DNA of 64,000 nucleotides from an uncultured Chloroflexia bacterium (GTDB lineage Bacteria > Chloroflexota > Anaerolineae > CG2-30-64-16). The notes under the pieces are model-generated. The model was given only the letters and a program-made list of their open reading frames with translations, did no database searches and was not told the DNA's origin. Shown piece by piece: positions 11,689 through 21,771 of this stretch. The translations under genes were made by a program, and so were the position numbers. The DNA lies in the NCBI GenBank assembly GCA_963774265.1, contig CAVZDU010000001.1, positions 768,001 through 832,000 of the forward strand, read 5' to 3'. Positions within the stretch are counted from its first letter, which is position 1, and every line of letters starts with the position of its first letter.

Positions 11689-12783
11689 CCGACAACCTTC
11701 AATCTCAGACCTTCAACCTGCACTGCCCCATCCCGATCAGCGACTACCCGACCGTCACGCTGGCGCACGGCGGCGGCGGGCGGCTTGACGCAGATGCTGA
11801 TCGAGCGCATGTTTCGTGCCGGCCTTCCGCAACGCGACCTGGAGGTGCTGCACGACGGCGCGGTCTTGGATTTGCCTGCCCCGCCCGCCTCCCTGCAGGG
11901 GCGGGGTCGCGTCTGGCCTTCTCCACCGACTCGTTCGTCGTCAGCCCGCTCTTCTTCCCCGGCGGCGACATCGGCTCGCTGGCGGTGCACGGCACGGTCA
12001 ACGACCTGGCCATGTGCGGCGCGCGCCCGCTGGCGCTCTCGGCCGGGTTCATCCTGGAAGAAGGCCTGCCGATGGACGAGCTGTGGCGCATCGTCCGCTC
12101 GCTGAGCCGGCTGCGGCGCAGGCCGTGGGCGTGCCGATCGTCACCGGCGACACGAAGGTGGTCGACCGGGGCAAGGGGGACGGCGTCTTCATCAACACGG
12201 CGGGCATCGGCGTGATCCCGCCGGGCGTCGACATCTCGCCGCGCGCGCGTGCGCCCGGCGACGTGGTGCTGATCAACGGCGCGATCGCCGCGCATGGCAT
12301 CGCCATCATGTCGGTGCGCGAAGGGCTGGAGTTCGAGACGGCATTGCGAGAGCGACTCGGCGCCGCTGCACGACCTGGTGGCCGGCGTTCTGGCCGCGGC
12401 CGGCGAGCAGGTGCACGTGCTGCGCGATCCCACGCGCGGCGGCGTGTCCAGCACGCTCAACGAGATCGCCGGCCAGGCGCAGGTCGGCATCCGCCTGAAC
12501 GAAGCCAGCATCCCGATCGGCGACGCAGGTGCGCGGCGCCTGCGAGATCCTGGGGCTCGATCCGCTCTACGTGGCGAACGAGGGCAAGTGCCTGGTGATC
12601 GTGGCGCGCGAGGCGGCCGAGGCGGTGCTGGCGGCCATGCGCGCCCATCCCTTGGGCCGCGAGGCGGCGATCATCGGCGAGGTGGTGGCCGATCACCCGC
12701 GCAAGGTGATCCTGCGCAGCCGCATCGGCGGCCTGCGCGTCGTCGACATGCTCAGCGGCGAGCAGTTGCCGCGCATTTGCTGA
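11685..12783 (+). CDS. hypE: Hydrogenase expression/formation protein HypE, frameshifted
   Basis: [36 protein letters not shown], terminal LPRIC. Confidence 0.95.
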
Positions 12784-12924
12784 AAGAATCTTGATGGCGG
12801 CCAATTACAGTGTTGCCAACTGCAGCAGGGTGATACTCAACTACTCATTGCCGGAGACGCAACCAACAACCCGGGGATTGGTGCCTAGCACCCGGCTGCG
12901 CGTTCGCGCGAATGCAGGCGCACA

Positions 12925-13563
12925 TCACGCCTCTCCAATTGCCTCGCGGTCCAACTGATCGAAGAACTGGCGCATGAACGCGCGGCGGTCTTGGGCGATC
13001 GACCTGGCCGTCGTGGTGTATAGTCGTTCGGGGATGCGGTCGAGCTTGTAGACGAACTCGTGCACGGGGGTATAGCCTTCGCCCAGCTCGGCGGGCGCTT
13101 TGGCTGCATCGCCGCCCTGTCCCGCGATCTCGCGCCACGGCCCCCGCCAGAGCGCCGTGCCCGCCGCGCCCGCGTAGGCGAACGCCCGCGCGACGCCGAT
13201 CGCGCCGATGGCGTCGAGCTTGTCGGCATCGGACAGCACTTGCGCCTCGAGCGTGCGGGGCGCGGCGCGTGCGCGGAAGCGGTGCGCCTCGATGGCGTGC
13301 GCCACCGCGTCGACGAACGCCGCCGGCTGGTCCGCGAGGATGTCACGCGCCCGCTGTGCACCCAGCAGGTGATGGCGTTCCCGGTCCTACGTTCTCGCCA
13401 CATCGTGCAGCAGCGCGGCGGTGCGGACGATGGCGAGGTCCGCGCCCTCGGCCTGCGCGATGCGCTCCGCCAGCGCCGTCACCCGCAGCACGTGATCGAA
13501 GTCGTGCCCGCCGCCGCCCGCCTCGTACAACGCGCGCGCGGTGTCAATATCTATAGTCGTCAT
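12925..13563 (-). CDS. HD-domain metal-dependent phosphohydrolase, frameshifted
   Basis: [37 protein letters not shown]. Confidence 0.85.
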
Positions 13564-13570
13564 GAAACAC

Positions 13571-14572
13571 CTAATAATCCGGCACTCTGAGTCGTGAGTC
13601 TATTGTCCGGCCGCGGCAGGCGGCTCGCCGTTTCCCAGGAGCCAGAGAACGCCGCCGGGCAGGCTGCCGAGAAGCATGACGGCCTGCATCAGCAGCGACA
13701 CGGCGAGCGCATGATCTGCGGGCACGCCGGCCAGGCCGAAGAAGAACGGGTAAGCCGTCTGGTTGACGCCGATGCCGCCGATGGATATCGGGACCATCAG
13801 CACGAGCGCGATCAGCGGGTTGAAGAGGAAGATGGCTGGCAGCGACATCAGGCCGCCCATCGACTGCGAAAGCACCAGTTGACGAAGGTCGTGCAGGCGA
13901 TGCCGACCAGCGCGACGCCGAAGGCAGCGCCAGCGGCCAGTAGCGGAAGCGATAGGCGTTGAACGCCTCGGAGATGCGCCCCAGAGCGGCGCCAGCGGCG
14001 CCAGCAAGCGCCAGCTGGAAGATGCGAGCTATCAGCATCGCGCAACCGCCGGCTGAGCAGCACGCCGAAGCCGAGCGCCAGCACTGCCAGCGCAACAATG
14101 GCGACCCACTCCACCTGTTGCAGGTCAGCATGTCCGGTGAAGTTCACCGCGACGATGGCGGCGACGACGGCGGTGCTCATGTAGGCCATCAGACCGATCG
14201 ATGCGATCCACGATGACGGAGACGGCTGCGTCTGCGGTGCGGTCGGTGTAGCGCGCCAGGCCGTAGCCGCGCATCACGTCGCCGCCGACGTTGGCCGGCA
14301 GGAAGTTGTTGAAGAAGAAGCCGACGAAGAGGAACCGGCAGCACCGCGCCGAACGGCACGTGCACGCCCTGGGCGCGCGAGCAGCACCTGCCACTTGACG
14401 CCGTTGACGGTGATGGCCAACATGTAGAGCGGCCAGCGCCAGCAGGAACGTACAGCGGTCGGGCCGGCGAGCTGGGCGGCCACCCGGCGCAAATCAACCC
14501 GGCAGAAGGCCGAGCGACGATCAGGCCGAGGCTGATGACGATCTTGAGGAGGGTGAGCAGTTTATCGCGCAC
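13571..14572 (-). CDS. Lysylphosphatidylglycerol synthase TM / flippase-like membrane protein (UPF0104), frameshifted
   Basis: [33 protein letters not shown]; hydrophobic. Confidence 0.82.
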
Positions 14573-15538
14573 GGGGGCTCCGCCACCGCCGTACGGCGCG
14601 CACATCGTCGGTGGCCTCGGTTTGCGCCCGCTCGGCCTCCACGTCGGCCTTCTGCGACCAGGCCATGTCCCACACGACGTGCCGGTCCTTCTTGATGGCG
14701 AAGTCGTACCAGCCCGAGGAGTCGGGCCCAGGCCTCCAGCACGGCCAGCAGGAACAGCGTCCACACCAGCCGGATCGCGCCCCAGATCTCCTTGAGGGCC
14801 ACCTTGGCCACGCGGGTGTTCTGGATGCTGGAGACCGCGTAGCCGTACTTGGACTTCAGGTAGAGATGGCCGGCGTGGTTGCGCCGCCGCTGGCGCACGA
14901 AGTCCTTGATCGTGTCCGGCCCGGTGTTGTAGACGACGGCATCGGGCGCGTAGCGCACCTGCATGCCGCGCTGGACGACCAGCGCCTCGACGAACGCCTC
15001 GTCCATCGCCACGTCGGGCGGGATGCGGTCGAACACCTTGCGGAAGGCGATCATCTCGCCCAGCCGCGGGATCTCCAGGCACAGCTGGTGCTCCAGCCGC
15101 AGCCGCAGGTGCGTGAACAGGCCCGACCAGGTGATCGGGCGTGTTGACGGGGATCTTGTGCGCGCCGGTCATGCCGACGGTCGGATCGGCGAACATGCGC
15201 ACCAGGTGCTCGACCGCGTCTTCGTGCGGCAGCGTGTCGCCGCTCTCCAGCACGCAGATGTCTTCCCTGGCGTTGCCCAGGAAGATATTGATGGCCGCGG
15301 TCTTGCCCTCGCGCTTCGGTTGGATGAAGAGCTTGATGCGTGGATCGCGCGCGACGAACGATTCGACGATCGGGACGGTGTTGTCGGTGCAGCCGCTGGC
15401 GACGACGATGATCTCGCTGATCTCGACGTCGCGTAGATGTTGGGTCAGCAGCGCATCCAGCAGCCGGCCGATGTTGGCCTCTTCGTTGTAGGCCGTGACG
15501 CCGACGCTGCAGCGCAACTGGGGCTGAATTTGATCCAA
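14562..15538 (-). CDS. Family 2 glycosyltransferase, frameshifted
   Basis: VTAYNEEANIG, SGCTDNT, REGK, SGD, QRRRN (QxRRW-like). Confidence 0.85.
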
Positions 15539-15566
15539 CAGTTCCTCCGGGGATGCTGATATTGCG

Positions 15567-15575
15567 ATTATACCA
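15567..15575 (-). promoter_or_regulatory. Extended -10 promoter (TGgTATAAT) for the GT2-flippase-HD unit
   Basis: Exact TGnTATAAT about 30 nt upstream of the GT2 start. Confidence 0.55.
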
Positions 15576-15606
15576 GCATCCCATCGCGCGCGCTAATGGC
15601 GCCGCT

Positions 15607-16742
15607 CTAGCAGCGGGCGATCTCGATACCCTGGCCGACGACATGCGTTGGGGTGCGGTGGAGCGGCAGATAGCCTTGGGCGGCAAGCGGGGGCAAGGGC
15701 GAAGTGGCTTCGTCGGGCTTGTCGGACAGGGCTACCATCAGGCAGCCGCGCTCTTTGAGCCATTGACATGCCTCCAGGACCTCGCGCGTGATGCAGATCT
15801 CCTCGACGAGCCGTTGGCCCAGGGGCGTGCCCTCCGGCAGGTGGCCCATGCGTTCGACGGTCTCCTGGAATTCCCGGCGCCGGAATGCCTTGAAGGGCGT
15901 CAGGTCGCCGGCAATGCGTACGCGCATAGATGTCATCGTGCAGGGCCCGTACCTCCGGCGTCAGTTCAGACCGCATGCCGTCGATGTGTGCCATGAACTG
16001 ACGGAAGTCGGTCAACTCCAGGGCATCGATCTGGGAGAGCACGGTCTCCAGATCGACAACGCCTGCGCTGAGCATCAGGCAGATGTAGGCGACGTTGTCC
16101 TGGTTATCAGCCGTGAACGAATGATACCTCGGAGCGTTGAGCACTGCGTATACCTGCAGGAACTCGTCGTGCTTGAACACAGATCCGACGGCCTCACTCA
16201 AAGTCGCGTCGATGGCCGCGAGGCGCGCCCGGTCGATGGATTTGTCGTTGCGGCCCCGGGCGCCCAGAGCGGTCTTGTCGATGTCGACGATCGCGACGGT
16301 GCGCCGGTCAATGCTGGCGCCCTCGGCTTGCGCCCGTTCCAGGAAATCGGCCAGAGCCGTCCACCGATTCGCCTGGTAAAGCCCGTCCTGTCCGGTGATT
16401 TGCAGCGTCTGATCTCTTTCGGACCCGATGAAGCACCATCCAGGCCAACCGGTGAGTGTGCGTAGATTCTGGAAAGCGCCGCCGTCGTTCAGGAGCGTAT
16501 CGCCAAAATAGAGGATCTCGCTCGAGCGCGGGTCTGCCCGGATCTACGGTCGTCTGGGCTTGCACCAACAGCCATGCCAATGCCTGCGCGTAGGCCATGT
16601 CCAGTTTGCGCGGCGGGATTCGTCCCTCCATGCCCATTTCATGCCATGCCTCGCCGTAGCGGGGCAACCGCGTATCCATCGCGTTCAGATCCCGATAGAT
16701 CACCAGATCGCCGAAGACATCGGATAACGCACATAGTTCCAT
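15607..16742 (-). CDS. Uncharacterised HAD-like protein with permuted motif order, two frameshifts
   Basis: PRK ... YFGDTLLND ... AIVDIDKT ... ALSDKP; ATG 2 nt after the asd stop. Confidence 0.7.
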
Positions 16743-16743
16743 A

Positions 16744-17831
16744 TTAGAGCCAACCTTGTGCGAATAATAGTTCCGCGTTCAGCAACGCGCCACCGGCCGC
16801 GCCCCGGATCGTATTGTGTCCCAGCACCAGGAACTTGTAATCAAACAGCGGGTCGGCGCGCAGCCGGCCCACGCTCGTCGCCATGCCCTTGCCTGCCAGC
16901 CGGTCGAGCCGCGGCTGCGGCCGGTCGGGTGCGGTGTGCAGGATGATCGCCGGGTCAGGTGCGGAAGGCAGCCCCAGGCGTTGGGGTTCTCCCCGATAGG
17001 ACGTGAACGCCTCGGCCATCTCTTCCAGCGTTGCGGTTTGTCGCAGCTTCACGCTGACGGCCTCCAGGTGTCCGTTGCGGACTGCAACCCGGTTGCCTGC
17101 GCGCTGATGATGAGATCGGCCCAATGGATGCTCTCGCCTTCCAGCACACCCAAGAGCTTGCGCGGCTCAGTCTCGATCTTCTCCTCCTCGCCGCCGATGT
17201 AGGGCATCACGTTGTCGAGGATGTCCATGGACGGAACGCCGGGATAACCCGCGCCCGAAAGGGCCTGCATGGTCACAACGTTTACGGCGGCCAGTCCGAA
17301 CGCGTCGTGCAGCGGCTTGAGCGCACACACCAGATGCGTGCTGGAGCAGTTCGGGTTGGTGACGATGAAGCCAACCTGTTTACCCGACGCGCGCCGCCGG
17401 CGTTGCTGGCCCCGGATCAACGCGGTGTGTTCCGGGTTGACGTCTGGAATCAGCAGCGGCACATCGAGATCCATGCGATGCGCGGATGCGTTGGAGCAGA
17501 CCGCAAAACCCGCGTCGGCCAGTTCCTCTTCCAGCACGCCCGCGGCGTCGCCCGGGATGGCCGAAAACAACAGTCGTATGTCTCGGTCGATGGCGCCGGG
17601 TCCGGTGGGGGTGACGACTCTATCGGCCACCGCATCCGGCATGCCTCCGCGGAGCAGCCATTTGGTCGCCTCGCGATATGACTTACCCACCGAGCGGTCG
17701 GATGCAGTCAGAGCAGCGATCTCGAACCAGGGATGGTCCGCCAACAGGTGGACGAAGCGCTGGCCGACCGCGCCGGTCGCGCCCAGCACGCCCACCTTGA
17801 TCTTGTCTTGAGGCGGTGTAACACCGTTCAT
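16744..17831 (-). CDS. asd: Aspartate-semialdehyde dehydrogenase (archaeal/fungal type), one frameshift
   Basis: GVLGATGAVGQ, TNPNCS, QALSGAGYPG, GHNTIRGAAGG. Confidence 0.95.
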
Positions 17832-17832
17832 T

Positions 17833-18912
17833 TCATCCCTCCCCGTATTGTGCGAGCGCGACGATGTCGGCGTGTACGCCTGCCGCGGCGGCCTCGACGC
17901 CCGCGCCCCGGCCTTGCAGCACGAGCGGGGTGTCGGGGTAGTAGCGCGTCTGGAATGCAACCAGGTTATCGTTTCCTTTGAGTTGCCCTAACGCCGAGTC
18001 GGCCGGCACGGCCCGCATGCCTACCGCAGCGCGGCCATCTTCGATCTCCGCAACATAGCGCAATACCTGCCCTTGCGCAGCGGCCGCGGCGACCTGGGTC
18101 GCGAAGCCGGCATCCAATTCGGGCAGGCGAGCCAGGCAGTCGGCCAGGGAGAGATCTACGTAGTCGGCTGGCAGCAGCCCGGCTACTTGCACGGCGCTCA
18201 ACTCCAGATTCCACCCCAAGGTGCGCGCCAGGATCAGTGCTTTGCGGGCCACATCCATGCCGCCCAGGTCGATGCGCGGGTCCGGCTCGGTGTAGCCGCG
18301 CTGCATGGCCTCGGCCACCAGGCTGGAGAAGGGTTGGCCCGCCTGCAACCCGGTGCACAAGAATCCCAATGTGCCGCTTAGCGCGCCCTGCACCGCATCG
18401 ACCCGGTCGGCGGCACGCATCAGGCCGAGCGTGGCCTCGATCACGGGAACGGCCGAGCCGACGGTGGTTTCGTAGCGGAACCGTTTGCTGGCGGTTAAGC
18501 CATCAAACACTGCCTGCGGCCCGACCAGCGGTATCTTGTTCGCCGTGGCCACGCGGTAACCGCTCTGCAGCGCAAACTCGAGCGCCGGCACTGTCGCGTG
18601 TGATGCGGTCACATCGGCCACAATGCAGTCTCTCATGCCGGCGACCTCCACGATGGCGCTAAGATCTGGCTCATAGGTAGGCTGGCTCAGGGGGAAAGGC
18701 GCGCCGGCAGCCTTGGCGTCTGCAATCGCCTGCAAATCTTGGTCGCTGAGGCCGCCTGCATCCGCAGCCGCGCCGTCGATATCGCACCAGGCGACGATTC
18801 GAAATGCAAGACCGTCGCGTTCGGTGTGGAGCTGCCGCGCTTCGGTCAGTTGTCGCACCAGCGCCCGCCCCACCTTGCCGGCGCCGAAGATGATGAGTGG
18901 AACTCGTTTCAT
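17833..18912 (-). CDS. hom: Homoserine dehydrogenase
   Basis: GAGKVG, TANK, YETTVG, SGTL, GYTEPDPRIDLGGMDVARK, GRGAG. Confidence 0.92.
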   Translation of the reverse strand: MKRVPLIIFGAGKVGRALVRQLTEARQLHTERDGLAFRIVAWCDIDGAAADAGGLSDQDLQAIADAKAAGAPFPLSQPTYEPDLSAIVEVAGMRDCIVADVTASHATVPALEFALQSGYRVATANKIPLVGPQAVFDGLTASKRFRYETTVGSAVPVIEATLGLMRAADRVDAVQGALSGTLGFLCTGLQAGQPFSSLVAEAMQRGYTEPDPRIDLGGMDVARKALILARTLGWNLELSAVQVAGLLPADYVDLSLADCLARLPELDAGFATQVAAAAAQGQVLRYVAEIEDGRAAVGMRAVPADSALGQLKGNDNLVAFQTRYYPDTPLVLQGRGAGVEAAAAGVHADIVALAQYGEG

Positions 18913-20313
18913 GCTTCACCCAACCCAAATGCACTGTGAATGTACCGGATGCCTGCATCCGCATCGGCCGCGCCGAGCACCAGCGAGATGTTCGTCTCAG
19001 AGGACCCCTGGGCGACTGCGATGACGTTAACGCTGTTTTCACCGAGCGCAGAGAACAGGCGAGCTGCAATGCCCGGCGTGCCCCGCATTCCTTCGCCCAC
19101 CACCGCCACGATGACCACGTCAGGCTCGATGCTCACGCGATCGATCAACCGGCGCTTAATCTCTTCTCCGAACGATCCCTCCAACGCCGCGCCCACCGGC
19201 TGCGCGTCGGATTCGGGCACGACGAAGCAGATGCTCTGCTCGGAGGAGGCCTGCGAGATCATCAGCACACTTGCCCCGCGCTGAGCAACTGTTGCGAAAG
19301 TGCGGGCCGCGATGCCGGGCACGCCCATCATGCCGCGCCCTGCCACGGTGACCAGTGCCAGTCCGCGGATCACGGTCAGCGCCTTGACCGTGCCGCCGTT
19401 GGACGACTTCGGAACGACGCGCGTGCCGGGGAAAGCCGGGTTGAAGGTGTTGCGCACACTGATCGGGATGCCGCGATCGATGGCCGGCAGCATGGTCTTC
19501 GGGTGCAGCACTTTCGCGCCGAAGTAAGCCAGCTCCGCGGCCTCACTGTAGGTCAGCTCGGGCAGCGGTCGCGCGCCCTTGACGATGCGGGGGTCGGCCG
19601 TCAGCACGCCGTCTACATCCGTCCAGATCTGGATTTCGTCCGCATCCAAAGCGGCGCCGAGGATCGCAGCCGAATAGTCCGAGCCGCCCCGGCCCAGGAC
19701 GGTGGGGACGCCCTCGGGGGTGGCCGCAACGAAGCCGGTGACCACTGGCATGACGCCCTTTTCGAGCAGCGGCAGCAACCGGCCGCGCGTCGCGGTGCGG
19801 GTCGCCGCCATGTCGGGCGCAGCCGAGGCGTAGTTGTCGTCGGTGACGATTAATTCGCCGGCATCGACTAACTCGGTCTCGACGCCGCGTGCCGCGCATG
19901 GCCGCGGCCAGGATGGGAGCCATCAGGCGTTCGCCCAGCCCGGAGATGACCGCCAGCCCGCGGTCGGTCAACTCGCCGAGGATCGCGACCGCCATGCAGA
20001 GTCGCTCGAACTCGCGCACCCGCTCGTCCGTCTGTGCCTGGATCGCGGCCAGATCGTCCAGGTCATCGACCAGCGCTTCGGCCGCGTCCCGGTGCCGCGC
20101 GATGAGCGTCAGGCGCGCGTCGCGATAAGCCTGCCGGTCGCCCCTGGCTGCGGCGTTGGCCGAGTCGATCAGAAGGTCGGTGACGCCGCGCATGGCCGAG
20201 GTGACGACCACGATCTGGCGGTCGGTGCGCAACTGGTCGGAAACGATGGACGCGACCTGGGAAATCGCCTTGGCGTCGTTGACGGAGGTGCCGCCAAACT
20301 TCAGAACTTGCAT
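18909..20313 (-). CDS. lysC: Aspartate kinase with two ACT domains, one frameshift
   Basis: VLKFGGTSV, LGRGGSDYSA, WTDVDG, DPR, FGAKVLHP, SQASSEQSI. Confidence 0.93.
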
Positions 20314-20377
20314 GATCATACTCCTGCTGTGCATGCGGGTGCTGAGCAGATGCGGTGTGCTGAGCACAAAAAAGCCC

Positions 20378-20684
20378 CTCGCCGTTGGGGCGAGGGGCTT
20401 CGCGGTTCCACCCAATATCAGCCATCCCGCCTTTGTGTGTAGAGACGTAGCATGCTACGTCTCTACACACAAAGGCGAGAAGACTATCTTTGTCGGCCGT
20501 AACGAGGCCAGGCGGAGCGCCATACACTCCCCGGTCGGCCCTGCATCATGAGGTGGCCGGCGGCCGGATTTGAGACGCTCACTCTCGGGGGGTTTTCAGC
20601 GGGCTGATGGCGGGGCAGGCTCACAGCCGATGACCTGCCTTCTCTGGCACCTAAGCGTCGCCTACTCGTCCCGATCAACGTTTT
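20378..20684 (-). ncRNA. T-box riboswitch, probable Thr (ACC) specifier
   Basis: Minus strand: AGUA, AGAGA and GCUGUGA stem I motifs, GAAA-ACC specifier (20591-20593), UGGGUGGAACCGCG T-box, terminator aagcccctcgcc/ggcgaggggctt plus U run; precedes the aspartate pathway genes. Confidence 0.9.
20428..20477. repeat. Perfect 50-bp palindrome with GTAG-family REP core
   Basis: cgcctttgtgtgtagagacgtagca|tgctacgtctctacacacaaaggcg. Confidence 0.9.
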
Positions 20685-20704
20685 GCGTATTTCAGGTGAC
20701 GCCG

Positions 20705-20732
20705 ATTATAACCGGTGGTTCGCATATGTCAA
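20705..20732 (-). promoter_or_regulatory. Sigma70 promoter of the T-box operon
   Basis: TTGACA-N16-TATAAT just upstream of stem I. Confidence 0.8.
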
Positions 20733-20790
20733 ATTGCGTTTCAGTTGAGGGCTATATCACCGGCTCCACGAGCCGGCTGTTGCGCAGCAT

Positions 20791-21768
20791 TCAGGTCTTA
20801 ACGAGATTCACCCAGTAGTCGATCACCTCGAACCCGCGGCGGCGGAAGAGTGAAAATGCCTCAGGATTGTCTTTCGCGTGAACGTGCACCTCTACGGAAA
20901 GGTAACCCCGGTTCGTCATCTCCGCCAGGCCGCGGTCCAGCACGTAGGACCCGAAGCGTAGGCCGCGGTACTGCCGATCCAGGCCGATCCAGGCGAGCGC
21001 TGCGATCGTCGGGTCGGGCATGGGGTACCACACCACGCTGCCCACCGCGCGGGTGCCATCCGCCACGACCAATCCCTGGTACTTGCGTCCGCCGTTGTAG
21101 CCCCAGGCGCGCAGTTGATACACGGGCTCGTCGCCCTGCCAGGGTGAACGTTCATCGATCGGGACCAGGCGCAGATTGCGTGCTTCCAGGCCCGGATTCA
21201 CGGGCTGTTCCCGGCCATGTAACGATGCAGACATGGTGACATCGCCAGGACTGCTGACCTGGTACCCGCGCTTGCCCAGCCAGGCCACCAGTTCCTTATC
21301 GTTGACAGCGCTGATCGCCATGCTCTCGGTGGAGCCGTACCAGGGCGCCCACAACCGTTCCATGATGCCGTAGAAAGGCGCATTCTGGGCCGCAAAGTGA
21401 ATGGGACAGTAGTAGAGGTGGTTTTCCGCCGCGCTCAGCAGGCGGGAGCCGAGGCGAGCCTTTCGAAAATCGGGATCGACCGCAAGCCAGGCGATGTGAT
21501 GTCGGAGTTCGGCCGAACGAGTGGCCGGGACAATGGCCGGCGGCTTAATGGCATGAACTGCCCCGGCAACCCGATCTCCGTCTGTGGCCAGGATCAGGCC
21601 GCGGGCATCGAACTCGGGCCGCACCAACACACGTTCGGCGAATTCCGCTTCGGTAATGGGCGCGTAGTGGCGGTGTCCGGCAAAGGAGCAGTTTAGGAAG
21701 GCCGTCAGTGCGGGCAGATAGGGCGCGGTGAAGTGGCGCAGGACTACCGTCGGCGCTTCGCCCACCAT
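20791..21768 (-). CDS. Tandem GNAT acetyltransferase
   Basis: Two motif-A copies: AVDPDFRKARLGSRLL and LDRQYRGLRFGSYVL. Confidence 0.8.
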   Translation of the reverse strand: MVGEAPTVVLRHFTAPYLPALTAFLNCSFAGHRHYAPITEAEFAERVLVRPEFDARGLILATDGDRVAGAVHAIKPPAIVPATRSAELRHHIAWLAVDPDFRKARLGSRLLSAAENHLYYCPIHFAAQNAPFYGIMERLWAPWYGSTESMAISAVNDKELVAWLGKRGYQVSSPGDVTMSASLHGREQPVNPGLEARNLRLVPIDERSPWQGDEPVYQLRAWGYNGGRKYQGLVVADGTRAVGSVVWYPMPDPTIAALAWIGLDRQYRGLRFGSYVLDRGLAEMTNRGYLSVEVHVHAKDNPEAFSLFRRRGFEVIDYWVNLVKT

Positions 21769-21771
21769 GTC

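Noticed and set aside
14189-15538. 449-aa GT2-flippase fusion ORF
   Set aside because: The middle is out-of-frame sequence; GT2 ends at 14562 and the flippase-like gene starts at 14572
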